In this document: piece after piece, positions 1-9,204 of the stretch
Position numbering within the stretch: the first letter of the stretch is position 1
Layout: the number at the start of each line of letters is the position of its first letter
DNA from: an uncultured bacterium
GTDB lineage: Bacteria; Arandabacterota; Arandabacteria; Arandabacterales; JALGWA01
NCBI GenBank assembly: GCA_964604955.1
Contig: CAZSBE010000002.1
Coordinates: 194-64,193, forward strand
Direction of reading: 5' to 3'
Length of the DNA: 64,000 bases
Notes under the pieces: model-generated
The model's input: only the letters and a program-made list of their open reading frames with translations
Databases searched by the model: none
Told to the model about the DNA's origin: nothing
Translations under genes and position numbers: made by a program

Positions 1-27
1 CAACCATCACGCGCGGCAGGTCGACCG

Positions 28-813
28 TCATTCCCGCCCCCCGCGCCAGATCCTGATGAGCTCGGCGGTGATGCTGACTGCGATCTCCCCGGGCGTTTCC
101 GCATCTATGTCAAGCCCCACGGGAGCGTGCACGCTGTCCAGGAACTCCTGCGGCACGCCCCGTTGCCTGAGTGCCGAGTAAACACTCTCAATCTTCCGCC
201 GGCTTCCGACCATCCCGACATAGCGGAGCCCGAGACCGCTGAGCGCTTCGAGCCATTCCCCGTCGAGCGCGTGGGCGCGCGTCGCGATAACCGCGAAAGA
301 CCCCGCGTCCATGTCCAGCCGCCGCTCGAAATCACCCGGCGTTGCTTTGGTGCATCGCACGGTTGCCGGCAGGCCGGCGCCCGTCAGGAATTCATCACGA
401 TCGTCCATCAGCGTCACTGCAAAGCCGGCTGCATCCGCCGCCACCGCGAGCGCCCTCCCGACATGGCCGGCTCCCACGACGAAGAGATTCCGGTACTCTC
501 CAAGGGCCTCGAGAAAGACCTTCATGCCTCCGCCGCAAACCGAGTCGACCTCGCCGCTCTTGCCTGAAAGATCGAGATCGACGATCCGGGCCTCGCCTGT
601 TTTCAGAATCCCGGGCGCCGCGGCCAGCACCATCTTCTCGACGGCGCCTCCCCCGACAGTCCCGAAGGTCTCCCCGGTCGAGGCAATGACCATCTTCGCC
701 CCGGCCATGCGCGGCGTGGAGCCCCTCGCTTCGATGACGGTGGCGATGCACACTTTCCGCCCCACACGCAGCCACTCGCTTGCCTTCTCGAGGACCTTTT
801 CGATCTCACCCAA
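28..813 (-). CDS. XdhC/CoxI-family molybdenum hydroxylase accessory protein (YqeB-like)
   Basis: 261 aa. It has a Rossmann-like GxGxxG segment (VVGAGHVGRALA) and overall XdhC family similarity. It overlaps the downstream mocA-like stop by 8 nt. Confidence 0.8.
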   Translation of the reverse strand: MGEIEKVLEKASEWLRVGRKVCIATVIEARGSTPRMAGAKMVIASTGETFGTVGGGAVEKMVLAAAPGILKTGEARIVDLDLSGKSGEVDSVCGGGMKVFLEALGEYRNLFVVGAGHVGRALAVAADAAGFAVTLMDDRDEFLTGAGLPATVRCTKATPGDFERRLDMDAGSFAVIATRAHALDGEWLEALSGLGLRYVGMVGSRRKIESVYSALRQRGVPQEFLDSVHAPVGLDIDAETPGEIAVSITAELIRIWRGGRE

Positions 814-1417
814 TCTGATTCAGTCTCCTCTTTATCTCGTTGAAGTCGCCATGCGTATCCACATCGATGAGAATTCCGTCCGTATCGACGGGGACTTCCG
901 CGACGTCGTTCCCCTGTTTATCGATAAGGTCCCTGGCGCCCCGGTCGCCCTGAAGGCCGTAGACCTCGCTCTCCATATCCGCGCTCAGGATAACCGGGTG
1001 GCCGCGCTCGCCGCCATAAACCGGAACTCCTATCCTGCGCCCCGACGCGACGTACCCCGCGATCACCGAGTCGATGACCTCCGATGTGACCAGAGGTTTG
1101 TCGGCCAGCGATATCAGTATGGCATCCGGCCTCCACATCTCCGCCGCGCGCTTCCATCCAGCCTTGAGCGACTTGCTCATCTCGCACTCCCCGGCGAGGC
1201 TCACGAAATCGACACGGTCGCACCCGTTGCGCTGGATCACCCCATCAAACCCTTCGAGCCAGCCGGGTACGACGGCGCAGATGCGTCTCACCGAGCTCGC
1301 CAGGTGATTCCCGAGCACATGCTCGAAGAGAGTGCCGCTTCCCAGCCTTAGAAGCATCTTGGGCTCACCCATCCTCTTCGAACACCCGCCTGCCAGGAGC
1401 AGACAGTCGATATCCAC
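806..1417 (-). CDS. mocA: MobA/MocA-like molybdenum cofactor nucleotidyltransferase
   Basis: 203 aa. The N-terminal LLAGGCSKRMGEPKML motif is typical of MobA-like NTP transferases. It sits between XdhC and YqeC as in Se-dependent Mo hydroxylase clusters. Confidence 0.8.
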   Translation of the reverse strand: MDIDCLLLAGGCSKRMGEPKMLLRLGSGTLFEHVLGNHLASSVRRICAVVPGWLEGFDGVIQRNGCDRVDFVSLAGECEMSKSLKAGWKRAAEMWRPDAILISLADKPLVTSEVIDSVIAGYVASGRRIGVPVYGGERGHPVILSADMESEVYGLQGDRGARDLIDKQGNDVAEVPVDTDGILIDVDTHGDFNEIKRRLNQIG

Positions 1418-1424
1418 CTCTCTC

Positions 1425-2237
1425 TCACCTCATTACCGCGAAAGCCTCTTCAACCGCGCGGCCGACCGAACCGATGACGACGCCTTCCACTTCACCCGAG
1501 GAAACGAGCCGGTGGGCCAGCGAGACCACCGGGTTATCCTCCACGGGAGTACATTCATCACCCGCGGGCAGGACATCACCCGGAACCAGCTTGTTCACCA
1601 GGACCAGCATCCGCGCCCCGGCCGGCCTGCGGCCCAGGTACGAATCGGGTGACAGCACGGTGGCGGCGATCACCGCGTCGTCGATGAGCGCATCGACCGG
1701 CACGCCCGCGACTTTCGCCACAGCATCCGGGTTGTAGACGGCGGCCGAGTTTACTTTCTCCCCGATGCAGTCGGCGCCGACGACCACGACGTATACACTT
1801 GTCAAAGACGGCAGCGGCGGCTCGTGGGCCTCGGGCACCTTGAGGGATCTGCCCCGGGCGCCGTCGCACTCCGAAACCACCGCCCAATCAGGGTTCTCCC
1901 GCGACACCTGGTCGACGAACTCCGGACTGTGCCCGATTATCTTACCGCCGGCCTCCGACCTCCCCGTGAGGGCGAAGCCACGCGCCTCGACCATGCCCCT
2001 CAGGACCTCGATGTGGGACGCATTGCCTTCACCCAGCGCGACCTCCGGCATAGTCCCCTCGGCCGGCTCCATTATCCTGGTCGTCGTCGTCGCAATCACG
2101 GGGATACCCGACGCTGCGAACTCGCGGACCAGGCGGTACATGAGCGACGTCTTGCCGCCCGCGCCGACGATGCTGACGACATCTCCGGGACCCGCGTTCA
2201 GAGCGCCGCGGAGCGACGCCTTCCTGCCGATCATCAT
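1425..2237 (-). CDS. yqeC: YqeC-family putative selenium-dependent hydroxylase accessory protein
   Basis: 270 aa. It has a P-loop-like VSIVGAGGKTSLM segment and YqeC family architecture. It is adjacent to mocA and xdhC. Confidence 0.75.
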   Translation of the reverse strand: MMIGRKASLRGALNAGPGDVVSIVGAGGKTSLMYRLVREFAASGIPVIATTTTRIMEPAEGTMPEVALGEGNASHIEVLRGMVEARGFALTGRSEAGGKIIGHSPEFVDQVSRENPDWAVVSECDGARGRSLKVPEAHEPPLPSLTSVYVVVVGADCIGEKVNSAAVYNPDAVAKVAGVPVDALIDDAVIAATVLSPDSYLGRRPAGARMLVLVNKLVPGDVLPAGDECTPVEDNPVVSLAHRLVSSGEVEGVVIGSVGRAVEEAFAVMR

Positions 2238-3403
2238 TTCTTCAGACCGGCTACGATATTCTCAAAGCTCTTCAAGGCCTTCTTGATGTTCTCAATCGAG
2301 TTCGCGTACGAAAGCCTGAGATAGCCCTCTCCGAAGCTGCCGAAAGCGGTGCCCGGCAACACGGCCACGCCGCCCTCATTGAGGAGCTTGTCGGAGAGCA
2401 CCTGTGCGCTTACGCCCGTTCCCGTTATGTTGGGGAACACGTAGAACGCACCCTTGGGCAGCAGGCATGTTACGCCGTCTATGGCATTGAGCCCTTCGAC
2501 GATGACGTCGCGCCTCTTCTTGAACTCGGCTACCATGGCCCTTGAGGCGGCCTGGTCGCCCTTGATGCCTTCAATGCCGGCCATCTGCGTGAAAGTGCAT
2601 GTGCAGGACGTGGCGTTGATTTGAAGCTGCGTCATCGCCTGCGCCAGCTCTTCCGGCATCACGCCGTAGCCGAGCCTCCAGCCCGTCATGGCGTAAGTCT
2701 TGGAGTAGCCGTCGATGATGATGGTCCGCTCCCTCATTCCGGGGAACACCGCGATGCTGTTGTGCTCGCCTTCGTACACCATCTCCGAGTAAACCTCATC
2801 GGAAAGCACCCAGAAGTCTTTTTCAACGGCCAGCCCGGCTATGGTCTCGAGATCCTTCTTGGGAATCACACCCCCGGTGGGATTCTGCGGCGAATTGATG
2901 ATCATCATCTTGGTCTTGGAGGTCACCTTGTTCTTCAGCTCATCGACGTCAAGGGAGAAGCCCTTGCTTTCGTGAAGCTGAATGGGAACCGCCCTGGCCC
3001 CCAGGAACTCGATAACCGACTCGTAAATCGGGAAGCCCGGGTTCGGGTAGATCACCTCGTCGCCCTCATTGACTAGCGCGAGCATGCCGAAGAACATGAT
3101 GGGCTTGGCGCCGGGCGTTACAACCACCTGCTCGGGTTTTATGTCGATCTTCTTGCGCTTCGAATCGACTTCGGCTATGGCTTCACGGAGGTCGACGACG
3201 CCCTGCGCCGAGCAGTAATGCGTGTACCCGTCCCAGATGGCCTTCGCGGCCGCCTCCCTGATATTGTCGGGCGTGTCGAAGTCCGGCTCACCTATCTCGA
3301 GGTGAACCACTTCTTTCCCCTTGGCTTCGAGAGCTTTGGCCCTGGCCAGAACCTCGAAGGCGCTCTCGGTACCCAGTCTTGACATTCTCTCGGCAAGCTT
3401 CAT
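2234..3403 (-). CDS. PLP-dependent class I/II aminotransferase (aspartate aminotransferase family)
   Basis: Typical AspAT start MKLAERM. Motifs include EPDFDTP, NSPQNPTG and the lysine motif YSKTYAMTGWRLGY. A GGAGGAGG ribosome-binding site lies just upstream of the ATG at 3403. The ORF track shows an 11-codon longer alternative start. Confidence 0.85.
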   Translation of the reverse strand: MKLAERMSRLGTESAFEVLARAKALEAKGKEVVHLEIGEPDFDTPDNIREAAAKAIWDGYTHYCSAQGVVDLREAIAEVDSKRKKIDIKPEQVVVTPGAKPIMFFGMLALVNEGDEVIYPNPGFPIYESVIEFLGARAVPIQLHESKGFSLDVDELKNKVTSKTKMMIINSPQNPTGGVIPKKDLETIAGLAVEKDFWVLSDEVYSEMVYEGEHNSIAVFPGMRERTIIIDGYSKTYAMTGWRLGYGVMPEELAQAMTQLQINATSCTCTFTQMAGIEGIKGDQAASRAMVAEFKKRRDVIVEGLNAIDGVTCLLPKGAFYVFPNITGTGVSAQVLSDKLLNEGGVAVLPGTAFGSFGEGYLRLSYANSIENIKKALKSFENIVAGLKK

Positions 3404-3425
3404 TATCCTACCTCCTCCAACTCGC

Positions 3426-3851
3426 TCAGTCTTCAAACCGGAGCAGTTTGAGCCCTGTGTCTCCGTCCACCTCTCTTACCATGCGCGTACCCGAGACCAT
3501 TACGGCTATTTCGTTCGTCATATGGACATTCGCGGAAATCAGATGGCCCGCCACGGCGCTGCCGTCCTTGCGGCCCGCGGTGACGTGCATGTGGATGACC
3601 GGGTCCCCCTCGAAGGTGGAGATGTTGCCGCTTAAGGCACAGAGTTCCACCTCTTCCCCGACTTCGAAGGTCTCGTATTTCCCGTCACCGGCATAGTAGC
3701 CCAGCCGGGCGCCGCTCAGCATGCCCACACCGCCCAGCAGAATGCCCGAAGTCACTCCCTCACTTTCCAGCGCCGCCCTGAGGCACTCGAGAAGGTCATC
3801 GCCGTGACCCAGGCGTATCAAAACGAGATTGCCGCTTCTGCCCGTTACCAA
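3426..3851 (-). CDS. PPC/DUF296 domain protein
   Basis: 141 aa. It shows the DUF296 (PCC) fold signature with a glycine-rich core. Confidence 0.6.
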   Translation of the reverse strand: MVTGRSGNLVLIRLGHGDDLLECLRAALESEGVTSGILLGGVGMLSGARLGYYAGDGKYETFEVGEEVELCALSGNISTFEGDPVIHMHVTAGRKDGSAVAGHLISANVHMTNEIAVMVSGTRMVREVDGDTGLKLLRFED

Positions 3852-3854
3852 TTC

Positions 3855-4331
3855 CTAACTCCTTCCATCTTCGGCATGAGACTCCTCTATGGCGTCCACT
3901 ATCTTCCTGTAGCCGGTACACCTGCAGAGCACGCCCGAGATCGCCGCTCTTATCTCATCGCGTGTCGGGTCCGGGTTGGTTCTCAGGAACGACTCTCCGA
4001 CGAGTATCATCGCCGGAGTGCAGAAGCCGCACTGCACGGCTCCGCGTTCCACGAAAAGCTGCTGCATGCGGCTCAGGCGCTCGCCCTTGGCGATCCCCTC
4101 TATGGTGGTAATCGACTTGCCGTCGGCCTGGAAGGCGAAGGTTATGCACGAGAGAACGGGCCTGTCCTCGATGAGCACCGTGCAGCTCCCGCAGTCCCCC
4201 TTCCCGCAGCCCTGCCGGGTCCCGGTCAGGCCCAGCCTGTCCCGGAGGAAACTGAGCAGGCTCAGCGACGTCGCGACTTCGGCCTCGACCCTGTCGCCGT
4301 TCACCCTGAGATTGATCCTGACTGTTTCCAC
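3855..4331 (-). CDS. (2Fe-2S)-binding small subunit of a molybdenum hydroxylase (CoxS/XdhC-small-like)
   Basis: Cys motifs CGKGDCGSC and CGFCTPAM...CRCTGY. I took GTG at 4331 as the start because it avoids overlap with the upstream gene. AGGA sits upstream. An alternative ATG lies at 4394. Confidence 0.75.
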   Translation of the reverse strand: METVRINLRVNGDRVEAEVATSLSLLSFLRDRLGLTGTRQGCGKGDCGSCTVLIEDRPVLSCITFAFQADGKSITTIEGIAKGERLSRMQQLFVERGAVQCGFCTPAMILVGESFLRTNPDPTRDEIRAAISGVLCRCTGYRKIVDAIEESHAEDGRS

Positions 4332-4351
4332 ATCGGCCAATTCAGCCCGTC

Positions 4352-5578
4352 CTATTCTTGTCCCAGAGCGCGTTCCACTTCTGAAATGTCGCACCCGATG
4401 TCGGTCACGAGGTCGCGTGACTTCAGCGCCTCCGGGTCCTTGAGGCCGCTTCCCGTGACCAGGAATACGACCCTCTCTTCTCGCTTGATGATGCCGTCAC
4501 GCGAAGCGCTGAGGAGCCCCGCGAACGCGGTCGACCCCGCCGGTTCCGCGAATACCCCGGTGTGGCGGCCGAGAAGCTCTATCGCCGACACTATCTCCTC
4601 ATCACTCACCGTCACCGCGGTGCCGGCTGACTCCTTAAGACCTTTGAGCGCCTTTCTCCAGTTCCGGGGCTTTCCGACCCTTATGCTGTCGGCGAGCGTC
4701 CGCGGCTCCGCGCAGTAGGCCTCGCCCCTGCCGAGGAAGCACTCCACGACGGGGCTGCAGCCCTCGGCCTGCACGCCCAGTATTCTCGGGAGGCGGTCGG
4801 TGACGCCCGCGGCCATGAGATCCTTGAATGCCTTCCACTGCCCGCTCAGGATGCAGCCGTCCCCCACGGGAACGACCAGCCAGTCGGGCACGCAGTATCC
4901 CAGCTGTTCGTATATCTCGAGCGAACACGTCTTCTTGCCCTCGACCAGGTAGGGATTGATGGCGCAGTTTCGGTTGTACCAGCCCCATTTGTCGATGGCC
5001 GCGGTGGCGACATCGAAGGCGTCCTCGTAAGTACCCTTCACCCTGAAGACCTTCGTGGCGCAGGCGCCGATCTGGTAGAGCTTGGGCTCGGGGGCGCTTT
5101 CGGGAACGAATATGTAAGAGTCGACGCCTACCGACGCCGACAGCACCGCCAGCGAGGAGGCGGCGTTGCCCGTGGAGGCGCAGGCGATGGCGTCCCTCCC
5201 GTCCTCGACGGCCATGGCGATACCGACTGCGGACGCCCGGTCCTTGAGCGAGCTGCTCGGGTTGACCGTATCGTCCTTGAGGTAAACCTCGTCGATGCCT
5301 GTAAGATCGGTCAGCTTCTCGAACCTGTAGAGCGGAGTCATGCCGACCTTGAGCATGCCGGGAGGCGGCTGCGTCAGCGGCAGGAAGTCCTGGTACCTGA
5401 AGATATTGTTCACATGCCTCGACTGCAGCGGGCTCTCCTCGAGCGAACGGCGGAGCTCGTCATAGTCGTACTCCACATCGAAGATGCCCTCGATCCCGCA
5501 TTCGGGGCAGGTCACGAAGTCGCCTTTTTCATAGCGTTTCCCGCATTTGAGGCAGACGAGACCGGTCACCTTACCCAT
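4352..5578 (-). CDS. PLP fold-type II enzyme, threonine-synthase-like, with N-terminal Cys4 zinc ribbon
   Basis: PLP-lysine motif SSSLKDRAS. Zinc ribbon CLKCGKRY...CPECG. The glycine-rich GSTGNAASS is present. The start is at MGKVTGL. The large ORF-track N-terminal extension has no support. Confidence 0.75.
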   Translation of the reverse strand: MGKVTGLVCLKCGKRYEKGDFVTCPECGIEGIFDVEYDYDELRRSLEESPLQSRHVNNIFRYQDFLPLTQPPPGMLKVGMTPLYRFEKLTDLTGIDEVYLKDDTVNPSSSLKDRASAVGIAMAVEDGRDAIACASTGNAASSLAVLSASVGVDSYIFVPESAPEPKLYQIGACATKVFRVKGTYEDAFDVATAAIDKWGWYNRNCAINPYLVEGKKTCSLEIYEQLGYCVPDWLVVPVGDGCILSGQWKAFKDLMAAGVTDRLPRILGVQAEGCSPVVECFLGRGEAYCAEPRTLADSIRVGKPRNWRKALKGLKESAGTAVTVSDEEIVSAIELLGRHTGVFAEPAGSTAFAGLLSASRDGIIKREERVVFLVTGSGLKDPEALKSRDLVTDIGCDISEVERALGQE

Positions 5579-6959
5579 TGAGGTCACCTCCACCGGCATC
5601 CCGCTCGACAAACCTCCCGTCACCGGCCGCGCCCAGGAACTTACCATCCCGGACGATGACCCTGCCCCGCTGGACGGTGACGTCGGGGAACCCGGAGAGC
5701 GTGTCGCCCTCATAGGGCGAGTAGTCGCAATTCATGTGAAGCGTCCCGGGGCTTACCCTGACTTCTCTCGCGGGGTCAATGACGATGAGATCGGCGTCGC
5801 TCCCGACGCGAATCACTCCCTTGCGGGGGTAGAGCCCGAAAAGCCTCGCCGGATTCGAACACAGCACCTCCACCAGCCTTTCCAGAGGCAGCCGCCCTTC
5901 GTTGACGCCATGCGTCATGAGTATGGGTAGAAGCGTCTCCACCCCGGGCAGCCCGAAGGGTATCTTCCGGAAGTCCCCGCCCCACATGTCCTTCTGCTTG
6001 CGGGTGAAGCTGCAGTGGTCCGTGGAAACCACCTGTATGGAGCCGTCCGCCACGGCGCCCCACAGGTAGTCGCAGTCTTCCTGGTAGCGTATCGGCGGGC
6101 AGGTGGCGTAGAGGTGGCCGTCCGGACCCTCGAATGCCCCGTTGTTGAGCATGAGATACTGGGGGCAGGTTTCAGTGAAGACCGGGTATCCGCAGGCCTG
6201 CCACTCCTCGGTGACTCTCGCCGCGTCTGATGTGGACATATGCACTATGTATACCCGGGCGCCGCTGGCGGAGGCGAGGAATATGGCGCGCTGGACGGCC
6301 TCGCTCTCCGAGAAATTCGGCCTCGACAGCGCCTGCTGGACGGCGTCCGTCCTGCCGGCGTCCACCGAGCGCCTGGTAAAGACATCTATAATGTAGGGGT
6401 TTTCGGCGTGAACGCAGACGGTGGCCCCCAGCGACGCGGCTTCCTCGAAACACTCGAACATGATGCCGTCGTCGGCCATCCATCCCTCTTCCTTGTAGAT
6501 CATGAAGAGCTTGAAACTGGGTATGCCCGCGTCGACGAGCTCCTTCATCTCCCCGCGGGTCCTGTCATTCCAGTCGGTTATGCCGCAGTGGAGGCCGAAG
6601 TCTATCGCGCTCTTTGCCGCGGCGACTTCCTTTCTCCTGGCGACGGCCTCGGCGAGCGACTCGCCGGCGGTCTGAATCGCAAAGTCGATCATTGTGGTCA
6701 CACCGCCGAAGGCTGCGGCGATCGAGCCGGAAGTGAAGTCATCCGAGGACACCGTGCCGCAGAACGGGATCTCCATGTGGACATGCACGTCTATTGCGCC
6801 CGGCAGGATGAGCTTGCCGGCCGCGTCGACCGTCGAGGCGCCTTCGATGCCGACTGCCGGCGACTCGATGGCGGCGATCTTGCCGTCCCTTATGCCTATG
6901 TCGCCCCTGTACGTCCCGGACTCGCCGGCAATAGTCCCGCCCTTAAGCACCAGATCCAT
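5571..6959 (-). CDS. Dihydropyrimidinase / D-hydantoinase (cyclic amidohydrolase)
   Basis: It starts MDLVLKGGTI. The metal-binding motif is DVHVHMEIPF, with KLFM and D...H signatures of the hydantoinase family. Confidence 0.85.
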   Translation of the reverse strand: MDLVLKGGTIAGESGTYRGDIGIRDGKIAAIESPAVGIEGASTVDAAGKLILPGAIDVHVHMEIPFCGTVSSDDFTSGSIAAAFGGVTTMIDFAIQTAGESLAEAVARRKEVAAAKSAIDFGLHCGITDWNDRTRGEMKELVDAGIPSFKLFMIYKEEGWMADDGIMFECFEEAASLGATVCVHAENPYIIDVFTRRSVDAGRTDAVQQALSRPNFSESEAVQRAIFLASASGARVYIVHMSTSDAARVTEEWQACGYPVFTETCPQYLMLNNGAFEGPDGHLYATCPPIRYQEDCDYLWGAVADGSIQVVSTDHCSFTRKQKDMWGGDFRKIPFGLPGVETLLPILMTHGVNEGRLPLERLVEVLCSNPARLFGLYPRKGVIRVGSDADLIVIDPAREVRVSPGTLHMNCDYSPYEGDTLSGFPDVTVQRGRVIVRDGKFLGAAGDGRFVERDAGGGDLNG

Positions 6960-8166
6960 AGCGTTTCCCTTCTTCTTCTCCGCCGGCCTCGTCGGCGTCG
7001 ACCCTCTCCATGGTGATGCATCCGGGTGAGGGGCAGACCTGCATGCAGAGCGAACAGCCGAGGCATCTGGATTCGCTGACAACCGGGTAGCCGCCTGGTC
7101 CGATGCTGATGGCGTTGCCGCCCGCGTCCCTGCAGGAGATGTAGCAGAGGTCGTCCCTGAGGCACATCCCGGTTCTTATGCGGGGCACCGACCTGGTCGT
7201 CCCCAGGTCTTCGTATGTGACGATGTTCTTAAGCAGCCGTCCCTCCATCGCCCTGACGCCGGCGAAGCTGTTCCGCTTGAGGTAGTCCGTGAGGCCGCGG
7301 GCGAGGTCATCCACCATGGCAAACCCGTGGAACATGACTCCCGTGCAGACCTGTATCGCGCGTGCGCCGACGAGCAGGAACTCGCAGGCGTCCTGCCAGG
7401 CCATGATGCCGCCGACGCCGCTCACTTCAAGCGAAGTCGCCGCGCGCAGGTCCGCCACGACCCTCAGGGCCATTGGTTTCACCGGCGCCCCCGAAAGGCC
7501 CCCCGGCGAGGTGAGGCCGTCGATTGACGGATGTATTTCGAGGTTCTCGATGTCGATCCGGCCGAGACCCGGCACGGTGTTTATGGCGGAAACGCCCCGC
7601 GCGCCGGCGCTTTCGGCGACCTGCGCCACTGTGGCGACGTCGCCGGCGTTGGAGCCCAGTTTGACGATGATGGGAACGCGCGCGGCATCCCGGACGGCGG
7701 CAGTCACTTCCCGCGTCAGCTCCGGGTTCTGCCCGATCGAGAGGCCCATTTCATGGTTGCCGACTCCATGCGGGCACGACAGGTTGAGCTCGAGCGCGTC
7801 CGCGCCGGCCCGGCCGCACCTGTCGGCCATCAGTCTCCAGTCGGCGAGCTTGTAGGCGGGAGCGGCGATGCTCGCGATGAGCATCCTGTCCGGGAAGGTC
7901 TTCTTCACAGACTTGATGTCCTCGAGCCAGGCGTCGAGGTCGCGGTCGCTCAGGAGCTCGAGGTTGAGAAAGCCGCCACCCACGCTTGCGAACCTGGGGC
8001 TCAGGCGGACGCCCGAAGCGGGCTCAAGGGATATGGTCTTGGTCACGGCACCCGCCCAGCCGGCTTCGAAGCCGCGGGCGATATGACCCGCGTCCCGGGT
8101 GGCCGGGCCCGAAGCCAGGAGGAATGGGCTCCTCAGGGCGAATCCACAGAAATCGGTGCTGAGCAT
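6943..8166 (-). CDS. preA: PreA-like dihydropyrimidine dehydrogenase subunit (DHODH-like domain plus 2x[4Fe-4S] ferredoxin domain)
   Basis: Dihydroorotate-dehydrogenase-like TIM-barrel core. C-terminal CLGCSLCMQVCPSPGC ferredoxin motif. Confidence 0.8.
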   Translation of the reverse strand: MLSTDFCGFALRSPFLLASGPATRDAGHIARGFEAGWAGAVTKTISLEPASGVRLSPRFASVGGGFLNLELLSDRDLDAWLEDIKSVKKTFPDRMLIASIAAPAYKLADWRLMADRCGRAGADALELNLSCPHGVGNHEMGLSIGQNPELTREVTAAVRDAARVPIIVKLGSNAGDVATVAQVAESAGARGVSAINTVPGLGRIDIENLEIHPSIDGLTSPGGLSGAPVKPMALRVVADLRAATSLEVSGVGGIMAWQDACEFLLVGARAIQVCTGVMFHGFAMVDDLARGLTDYLKRNSFAGVRAMEGRLLKNIVTYEDLGTTRSVPRIRTGMCLRDDLCYISCRDAGGNAISIGPGGYPVVSESRCLGCSLCMQVCPSPGCITMERVDADEAGGEEEGKRYGSGA

Positions 8167-8187
8167 CTCCGAACTCCGCGTCTGCAG

Positions 8188-9051
8188 CTATTGCCGAGGT
8201 TTGACGAGTTCTTCGTAGGTGTCCGGTCTCCTACCCTCATAAAAATGCCAGAGACCCCTCACGCTTTCAATCAAAGAAAGATCCAGGTCGGCGACAATGA
8301 CATCGTCTCCGGAATCGCTTCCCTTTGCAAGGACTTTGCCCGCCGGGTCGCAGAAATAGCTCGAGCCGTAGTACTTGCCGCTCTCCCAGGGCTTCTCGAG
8401 ACCCACGCGGTTCAGCGCCCCCACGAAATAGCCGTTGGCGACGGCGTGGGCCCGCTGCTCTATATCCCAGAGATGGCGCGACAGCCCCTCGACGGTCGCC
8501 GACGGGTTGAAGACGATCTCGGCCCCTTTAAGACCGAGCGCCCTCGCCCCCTCGGGGAAGTGCCGGTCATAACATACGTAAATGCCCACGCGCCCGAACT
8601 CCGTGTCAAAGACGGGATAGCCCATGTCGCCGGGCTCGAAGTAGAACTTCTCGCGAAAGCCCTCCAGGTCCGGAAGGTGCATCTTCCTGTACTTGCCCAC
8701 GACTTCACCGTCGGTTCCTATGAGCACCGCCGTGTTGAAGTACTTGCCGCCTGCCTTCTCCGCGAGGGGAGCGACGAGCACAATGCCCAGCCGCCTGGCG
8801 ACGTTTCCCATCCTGGCCGTGGTCTCGCCGGGTACGGTCTCGGCGAGGTCAAGCCACCGCCGGTCCTCCCCGGCCGGAAAATAGGGCGCGTAGAAAAGCT
8901 CCTGAAGGCAGACGATGCTGGATCCGCGCGAAGCCGCCTCTTCTATCATGGGAATCTGCCTTGCGATCATGGCCTCTTTTACGGACTGGATCGGGCCCGA
9001 CGCATCGGGGCATCCCGTCTGGATCAAGGCGCATGTCACTGTCCTGGCCAT
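8188..9051 (-). CDS. N-carbamoyl-amino-acid / beta-ureidopropionase-type amidohydrolase (nitrilase superfamily)
   Basis: Nitrilase-superfamily catalytic cysteine context VCYDRHFPE and overall CN-hydrolase fold. It follows the hydantoinase and DPD genes. Confidence 0.8.
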   Translation of the reverse strand: MARTVTCALIQTGCPDASGPIQSVKEAMIARQIPMIEEAASRGSSIVCLQELFYAPYFPAGEDRRWLDLAETVPGETTARMGNVARRLGIVLVAPLAEKAGGKYFNTAVLIGTDGEVVGKYRKMHLPDLEGFREKFYFEPGDMGYPVFDTEFGRVGIYVCYDRHFPEGARALGLKGAEIVFNPSATVEGLSRHLWDIEQRAHAVANGYFVGALNRVGLEKPWESGKYYGSSYFCDPAGKVLAKGSDSGDDVIVADLDLSLIESVRGLWHFYEGRRPDTYEELVKPRQ

Positions 9052-9117
9052 CGCTTTCCTCTCCGGGGAAATGCGCGTACTGATCCCGGCCTGTCTGCCT
9101 TCGGAATCAGGGCTTGG

Positions 9118-9146
9118 CGCCTAAATTAAAGCCGCTACAGGGCGGC
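9118..9146 (-). terminator. Possible intrinsic terminator after the PMT-like gene
   Basis: On the minus strand there is GCCGC-CCUGUA-GCGGC, then UUUAAUUU. The stem is only 5 bp, so this is weak. Confidence 0.25.
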
Positions 9147-9204
9147 AGGATAGTATAACACCGGAGCGGAGGAGTGTCAATCGGGGCAGCGCCGGGGGCC
9201 GGGA

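Noticed and set aside
4352-5713. Long N-terminal extension (MRATRSPGSP...) of the ThrC-like gene.
   Set aside because: The extension is a Ser/Gly/Pro-rich low-complexity run overlapping the hydantoinase gene. The zinc-ribbon start MGKVTGL at 5578 is the conserved N-terminus.
7531-9129. 532-aa plus-strand ORF, and other long plus-strand ORFs (for example 9856..11706, 36860..38770, 3804..4718, 6240..7016, 27190..28236).
   Set aside because: Each lies antisense to a minus-strand gene with clear family motifs. Long spurious ORFs are expected on the opposite strand in 65% GC DNA. Their translations are Arg/Pro/Gly-rich and low in complexity.
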